Below are positions 59,409 to 64,000 of a stretch of DNA of 64,000 nucleotides, piece after piece. The notes under the pieces were generated by a model, which did not search any database, was not told the origin of the DNA, and was given only the letters and a program-made list of their open reading frames with translations. Each line of letters opens with the position of its first letter. Position 1 is the stretch's first letter. The position numbers were made by a program, and so were the translations under genes. This DNA is from Myxococcota bacterium (GTDB taxonomy: Bacteria; Myxococcota; XYA12-FULL-58-9; JALHOP01). The DNA is taken from NCBI GenBank assembly GCA_022842935.1, contig JALHOP010000010.1, positions 106,144-170,143 of the forward strand, read 5' to 3'.

Positions 59409-62400
59409 CTAGAAGCTGTAGCGAAGCGCGAACTGCACGGTCAGGGGCGCTTGATACTGCGTTGGCTGCCGGTAGTTCGGGTTGACGCGCACCGGCCGGC
59501 CGTCGACCGTTCGCACGTGCCGCAGATCGCTACGACGACCGTTGACGATGGGGTCAGCGTCCTCGAACGTGTACGTGTCGTCGACGCGCGTCGCGCCCTG
59601 ATTGTTGGTGACATTGTAGATGTCAGTGCGGAAGTCGAGGTACTGCAACGGCTCGATCTGATAGCGAATCGTCGCGCTGACGTCCGCGCTCCAGATCCAC
59701 GGCGTACGACCACCCTCACCCCGCTTGATCAGGAAGGCCTCGTCGGTGCCATAGGCAGGATCTGAGCCCAGCGCGTCGTACGGTCGCCCGCTGCTCGCAT
59801 TGATACCGGCGCCGGGGATGATGATGATCGGGAGCGAGCTGCCGAGCTTGCGCAGGTCACCCTGATAGAAGCCGAAAAACTTGAGCCGATGACGCTGATC
59901 TTGCGGCAGGTAACCGCTGCGATTCACCAGCAGGGTCGGAAGATCGTAGGTCGTCGTAATGTTGGGGTCGAGCTGACCGTTGTTCTCGGAGAACAACCCC
60001 GGGAAGTTACCGCGCGTCCACGACAACAGGTACGACGCCTGAATCTGGAAGTCGTTCCGGAAGCGCTTGTCGAGGTTGAACTGAATCGCAAGATAGCGAC
60101 GCACGGGTTTCGGGAAGTTGTTGATCGCAGCCAAGCGGTTGCGCAGCTGCTGCAGTCGTCCGCGCTTTAGTGGGTCCGTCTCGCGGGCGATATCTTGGTC
60201 AACGTCCTCAAGTCGGTTGACGTCGAACTCACCCGGGTTTGCGACGAGATACGTCGAGCCGCCGTCGGTCGACACGTCTTCGATACCGCGACCGAGGTTA
60301 CGGTGAATGGCCGTAATGGCACCAACCCAGCTCGGCAGGAACTCAACCTGCGCGCCCAGCTGGACTTCCTCGGTGTACTGGCCCTTGAGCCCGGGTGCGA
60401 CCAAGCCCGAGGTCTGGCCAAACGCAAGCCGCCGATAGAACTGCGCACATTGCTGCACGACATCCGTGACCAGGTTCGGATCGCCTGCGCAGCGTCCCGT
60501 GCCCACCGTGCCGGGCGCGCCAGCCCCAGCGCCCGTTGGATTCAGTCGGTAGTCGGTGATGCCGATACCTTCACCGCCGAACTGACGGTCGGTGATGTCG
60601 AGCGGGATCTGCTGGTAGAAGCGGCCCCAATTGGCGAAAATCTTCGAACGGCCGCCACCGAGGAAGTCCCAGGTACCGCCGAAACGCGGAGCCCAGTTGT
60701 CCCAAATCGCCAGGCTCTCAACGCGGTCGCCGGTCGCCCCGGTGTAGTCGAGACCAAACAGCTGTTGTCCTTCCCAGCGGACACCAGCGTTGATGGTGAT
60801 GTTCGACGTTGGGTTCCACGAGTCCTGAAGGAAGGCCGCCCAGGTGCGTCCAGCGGTATCGCCGACGACGCCGCGCGGGTCGGGTCTGCCGCTGATGTCC
60901 TCGTTCGGGCGGAAGTACGATTGCTCGCGAATGCGGTCGTCGCCGTTGGCGTAGAAATCCGCAGTCACCGTCTTGAAACCGCCTCCGCCGTAGCGGCGGC
61001 GGTTGTAGTAGGCGTTCTGTTCGAAATCGATACCGTACTTGAGCTGATGGAGACCGGCGAAGTTGCCGATGTGGGTGATCGAGAGTCGCTCGGCGAACCG
61101 GTCCGCGACGGTGGTCTTGACGTTGCCGAGACCGTAGCCGTTCACACCGTAGCCTTGCACGACGCAGCGGCTCTGGCCGTTCGCAAAGTCGGCACCGGCC
61201 TGGCATTCGGGAGCATCGACACCTGGCGTTGCGGACGCACCCCACTGAGCCGCGACATCGCGATAGTTACGCGCGTAGTTGTAGCTGTAGAGCGCCGAGC
61301 CAGGTCCGTCACCGGCCACCGGCTTGATGATGCTCTCGTTATGGAACCAGCCGAACGAGCCATCGAGCTGCAGCTTGTTGTCGAAGAACTTACCGGTAAT
61401 TCGGTAGAGCGCCGACATGTTGCCCGCATTTTCTTTGTAGCGAGCTGAGTTCGGCGCGTTGTTCAGATCGATGATATCCGGGTTACTGGCGAAGGGATTC
61501 TGGCGAATACCCTTGAAATACGTCGGCGCGCCGGTGACCGAAAGCGAGTGACGCAGGTTGCTGTTGATGAGGTGGGTCAGCTTGCCGGTGAATTGGTGCG
61601 ACAAGACGTTCGAGTCGAAACGATCGCTCGCGACGTCTTCGGTGACGAACGCACCATCGGCGTCGAGGAGCGCGTTGCCGTCCGCGCCTGGGACGCGTGC
61701 ACGCAGGGTCCGTGTCCAGCGGTCCTGCTGGAACTCGGGCGCGTAGCCCGCGTGGAACCACAGCTTGTCCTTGATGATCGGACCGCCGATCTCAAAACCA
61801 GCATTGAGATAGTGACCAAGCTTCTGGCTCTCGGCAATCGACTCGCCAGCGCGATTGATGCGCTTCGACGTGCGCGACAAGAAGCCCGGCCGCCAGTAGG
61901 TGAAGACCGTCCCGTGAAACTCGTTGCCACCGCTCTTGGTGATCGCTTCGACGTATCCACCGGTCGCGCGACCGAACTCGGGCTGATACCCACCTTCCTT
62001 GATGTTTACTTGCTCGACGAACTCGAGCACCAAGCGTTGGCCCTGCAAGCCGTACCCGATGTCATTGGTCGACAAGCCGTCGATCATGAATTGGTTTTCG
62101 GGCGAGGTGGTGCCACCAATCGAGGTACCAAATCGGTCGTTGCTCGCAGACGGCAACACGTTGATGGCGCTGGAGATGTCGCGGGTCCGACCCAACGGCA
62201 CGCTCTCGATGAACTCGCGCGTCACCGTCGTTCCCACGGTCGTCGACGAAACGTCGACCGAAGGGGCCGGAGCCTCGACGGTCAAAACCTCACCCTGCGC
62301 CTGTGAGGTCGCAAGACGGATGTCGACGGTCACTGTTTGGCCCGCCAGGACGCGAACGCCTGTGCGCTCGACGGCAACCCCAGCAAACGAGTAGTTGATG

Positions 62401-62639
62401 CGGTACTCGCCGCTTGGCAGATTGGTGATGACGTAGCGACCATTTTCGTCGCTCAAGGCCACTTCTTCGCCTTGCAGTGCGGTGGATGTCGCAACGATCG
62501 TCGCACCCGAGAGCGGTGCATTGTTGTTGTCAGGATCCGTGACGGTGCCGCGGAGGGCGCCGGTCACGGATTGCGCGTGGGCCGTCGTCGCCGACAAACC
62601 GACGAGGGCGATGGCAGCTACAAGAAGACGCATTTTCAT
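59409..62639 (-). CDS. Oar-like TonB-dependent receptor with an N-terminal carboxypeptidase-regulatory-like domain
   Basis: Signal peptide, ENQFMIDG, PEFGRATGG, TKSGGNEFHG, GGPIIKDKLWF, APR, and a C-terminal Phe (LRYSF). Confidence 0.92.
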   Translation of the reverse strand: MKMRLLVAAIALVGLSATTAHAQSVTGALRGTVTDPDNNNAPLSGATIVATSTALQGEEVALSDENGRYVITNLPSGEYRINYSFAGVAVERTGVRVLAGQTVTVDIRLATSQAQGEVLTVEAPAPSVDVSSTTVGTTVTREFIESVPLGRTRDISSAINVLPSASNDRFGTSIGGTTSPENQFMIDGLSTNDIGYGLQGQRLVLEFVEQVNIKEGGYQPEFGRATGGYVEAITKSGGNEFHGTVFTYWRPGFLSRTSKRINRAGESIAESQKLGHYLNAGFEIGGPIIKDKLWFHAGYAPEFQQDRWTRTLRARVPGADGNALLDADGAFVTEDVASDRFDSNVLSHQFTGKLTHLINSNLRHSLSVTGAPTYFKGIRQNPFASNPDIIDLNNAPNSARYKENAGNMSALYRITGKFFDNKLQLDGSFGWFHNESIIKPVAGDGPGSALYSYNYARNYRDVAAQWGASATPGVDAPECQAGADFANGQSRCVVQGYGVNGYGLGNVKTTVADRFAERLSITHIGNFAGLHQLKYGIDFEQNAYYNRRRYGGGGFKTVTADFYANGDDRIREQSYFRPNEDISGRPDPRGVVGDTAGRTWAAFLQDSWNPTSNITINAGVRWEGQQLFGLDYTGATGDRVESLAIWDNWAPRFGGTWDFLGGGRSKIFANWGRFYQQIPLDITDRQFGGEGIGITDYRLNPTGAGAGAPGTVGTGRCAGDPNLVTDVVQQCAQFYRRLAFGQTSGLVAPGLKGQYTEEVQLGAQVEFLPSWVGAITAIHRNLGRGIEDVSTDGGSTYLVANPGEFDVNRLEDVDQDIARETDPLKRGRLQQLRNRLAAINNFPKPVRRYLAIQFNLDKRFRNDFQIQASYLLSWTRGNFPGLFSENNGQLDPNITTTYDLPTLLVNRSGYLPQDQRHRLKFFGFYQGDLRKLGSSLPIIIIPGAGINASSGRPYDALGSDPAYGTDEAFLIKRGEGGRTPWIWSADVSATIRYQIEPLQYLDFRTDIYNVTNNQGATRVDDTYTFEDADPIVNGRRSDLRHVRTVDGRPVRVNPNYRQPTQYQAPLTVQFALRYSF

Positions 62640-62686
62640 GTCAGCAAGTCCTCGAAGTGTGCTTTTGCGGGCAGGCATTGTCGGCG

Positions 62687-63811
62687 CTACTCGACGGTGA
62701 GCGGAACGATTTGGATGTCGCTTGCCGACGTGTTGCCGAAGGCATCGGCGAACGACGGGTCGATGCGAAGCTCGTAGTCTCCAGCGGCAAGAGGCACCGC
62801 GGGAACGACCTGCAACGCGTTGAGATGAGGTTCTGGATCGAGGCTGTCGCCGCTTTCCTCGTCGACCAGCGGACCGCTCTGGAAGGCGGTCACGGTAACG
62901 GCGAGGGGTGTGAGCGGATCGTCGAGAGAGACCAGCGTGAAGGCAGTCGCCGAGTCGGCAACCGACACGTCGGTATTGAACTCAACAAGAATGGCGGACT
63001 CGTCTTCATAGGTTGTGGGATCGTCCTCGACAACCAAGCTGGCATCGGACGGAAGAGCTGGTGCCGTCACCGAGGTGACCGCGATCGCGTCGGTGAGGAA
63101 CACAACGACGGCGGCTATACCCCGACCGGCAGCATCGGCGACCTTGCCGATGACCTCCTCTCGTCCACCGCCAGCCGGAATCTCGGTGCGATCGGCCGCA
63201 AGAATGCGGTTGCCATCGAGGTCTTCAATGACTCCAGCGTAGACGCGTACCTGGAATTCTTCCCCAGAGGGCAAGGTCGCGGATGGGGCGAGCGAGATAC
63301 CAACATCGCGAAACACCACGGACTCGATGGCCCGGATGTTGTTCAAGTAGGTCGCAACGGCCGGGATGACCTCTCCGGTCGCAACGCGAACGATGTCGAC
63401 AAGACCCTCCCGGCCGGTGATGTCGATGACGCCTGGATTATTCTCGGTCTGGCGATTGTTGGGATCACCCTCAGGGTCGACCGGCTCGTCCACGTTAATG
63501 GTCAAGTCTTGCAAGACATCGCGGTTCAACGGTTCGTTGAACAACACCTGGATGTCCGTAACGCTCGTTGGCAGGGAGGCTTCGGCGCCATACGCGACGG
63601 GAGCGCCCGTTCGATCGATGACCTCTTGAGGCGCGGGCACGTCCAGCGTCGTGACCACGGTCTCGTCGCCGTCATACCATTGAGCGCCGATGACTCCGGG
63701 GGATGACAAGTCATCGTTCTCGCAGGCGGCCAGGCTTGAGAGAGCGACGGCAGCCAACGCCGCGCAACGGATCAGACTGACATTGGAGATCGGCCTCAAT
63801 GTCCACTTCAT
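62687..63811 (-). CDS. Acidic lipoprotein with Ig-like (Big_5-like) domains
   Basis: Lipobox LAAC, VLFNEPL, DLDGN, VEFNTDV and DAFGN. Confidence 0.72.
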   Translation of the reverse strand: MKWTLRPISNVSLIRCAALAAVALSSLAACENDDLSSPGVIGAQWYDGDETVVTTLDVPAPQEVIDRTGAPVAYGAEASLPTSVTDIQVLFNEPLNRDVLQDLTINVDEPVDPEGDPNNRQTENNPGVIDITGREGLVDIVRVATGEVIPAVATYLNNIRAIESVVFRDVGISLAPSATLPSGEEFQVRVYAGVIEDLDGNRILAADRTEIPAGGGREEVIGKVADAAGRGIAAVVVFLTDAIAVTSVTAPALPSDASLVVEDDPTTYEDESAILVEFNTDVSVADSATAFTLVSLDDPLTPLAVTVTAFQSGPLVDEESGDSLDPEPHLNALQVVPAVPLAAGDYELRIDPSFADAFGNTSASDIQIVPLTVE

Positions 63812-64000
63812 GGAGTAGCTCCAGTTCCAGGTTCGGTCCGTACCGGTGGCTTAACTTGCAGCGCGACGGTCGTTGCACCCTCGCGTTTTGCGACAGCCAT
63901 CCAGCGAACAACGCTTCCGTAGTCAACTTCGTCACCAGCAACAAAAAACACCGTTCGATCGAGACGGTCTTCCAGCTCAGCACGCAGCTGCTGAGGCAAG
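63808..64000 (-). CDS. exbD: ExbD/TolR biopolymer transport protein, C-terminal part (5' end outside the window)
   Basis: VFFVAGDEVDYGSVVRWMAVAKREGATTVAL. ATGA overlap with the next gene. Confidence 0.8.
   Translation of the reverse strand, partial: LPQQLRAELEDRLDRTVFFVAGDEVDYGSVVRWMAVAKREGATTVALQVKPPVRTEPGTGATP

Overview
A GC-rich bacterial chromosomal segment, probably from a Myxococcota or related deltaproteobacterial lineage. This is inferred from the Oar-like TonB receptor, a Ser/Thr kinase-TPR protein, Cys-rich lipoproteins and several sigma-54 promoter motifs. About 57 CDS were found. No rRNA, tRNA, CRISPR array or mobile element was seen. Recognisable content includes zwf-pgl-gnd, ettA, rlmKL, prpDB, apaG, MoxR/VWA, a radical SAM plus DUF4130-UdgX uracil-repair operon with a candidate SOS box, a CarH-like B12 regulator and an ExbD/lipoprotein/TonB receptor locus. 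The most interesting items are: (1) a tightly coupled catabolic operon (SDR, luciferase-like monooxygenase, class-3 asparaginase-fold protein with all three Zn ligands substituted, ALDH, AmnB/AmnA, KynB), suggesting an undescribed ortho-aminophenol or kynurenine-type pathway; (2) a stand-alone 64-aa histone-fold gene; (3) a candidate sigma-54-driven sRNA of about 130 nt with G-rich loops; (4) three tandem 115-aa lipoproteins with a shared 12-Cys scaffold, coupled to OsmC; (5) an orphan sigma54-FliA-FlgM module with both promoters visible. All assignments come from reading motifs by eye, with no database searches.
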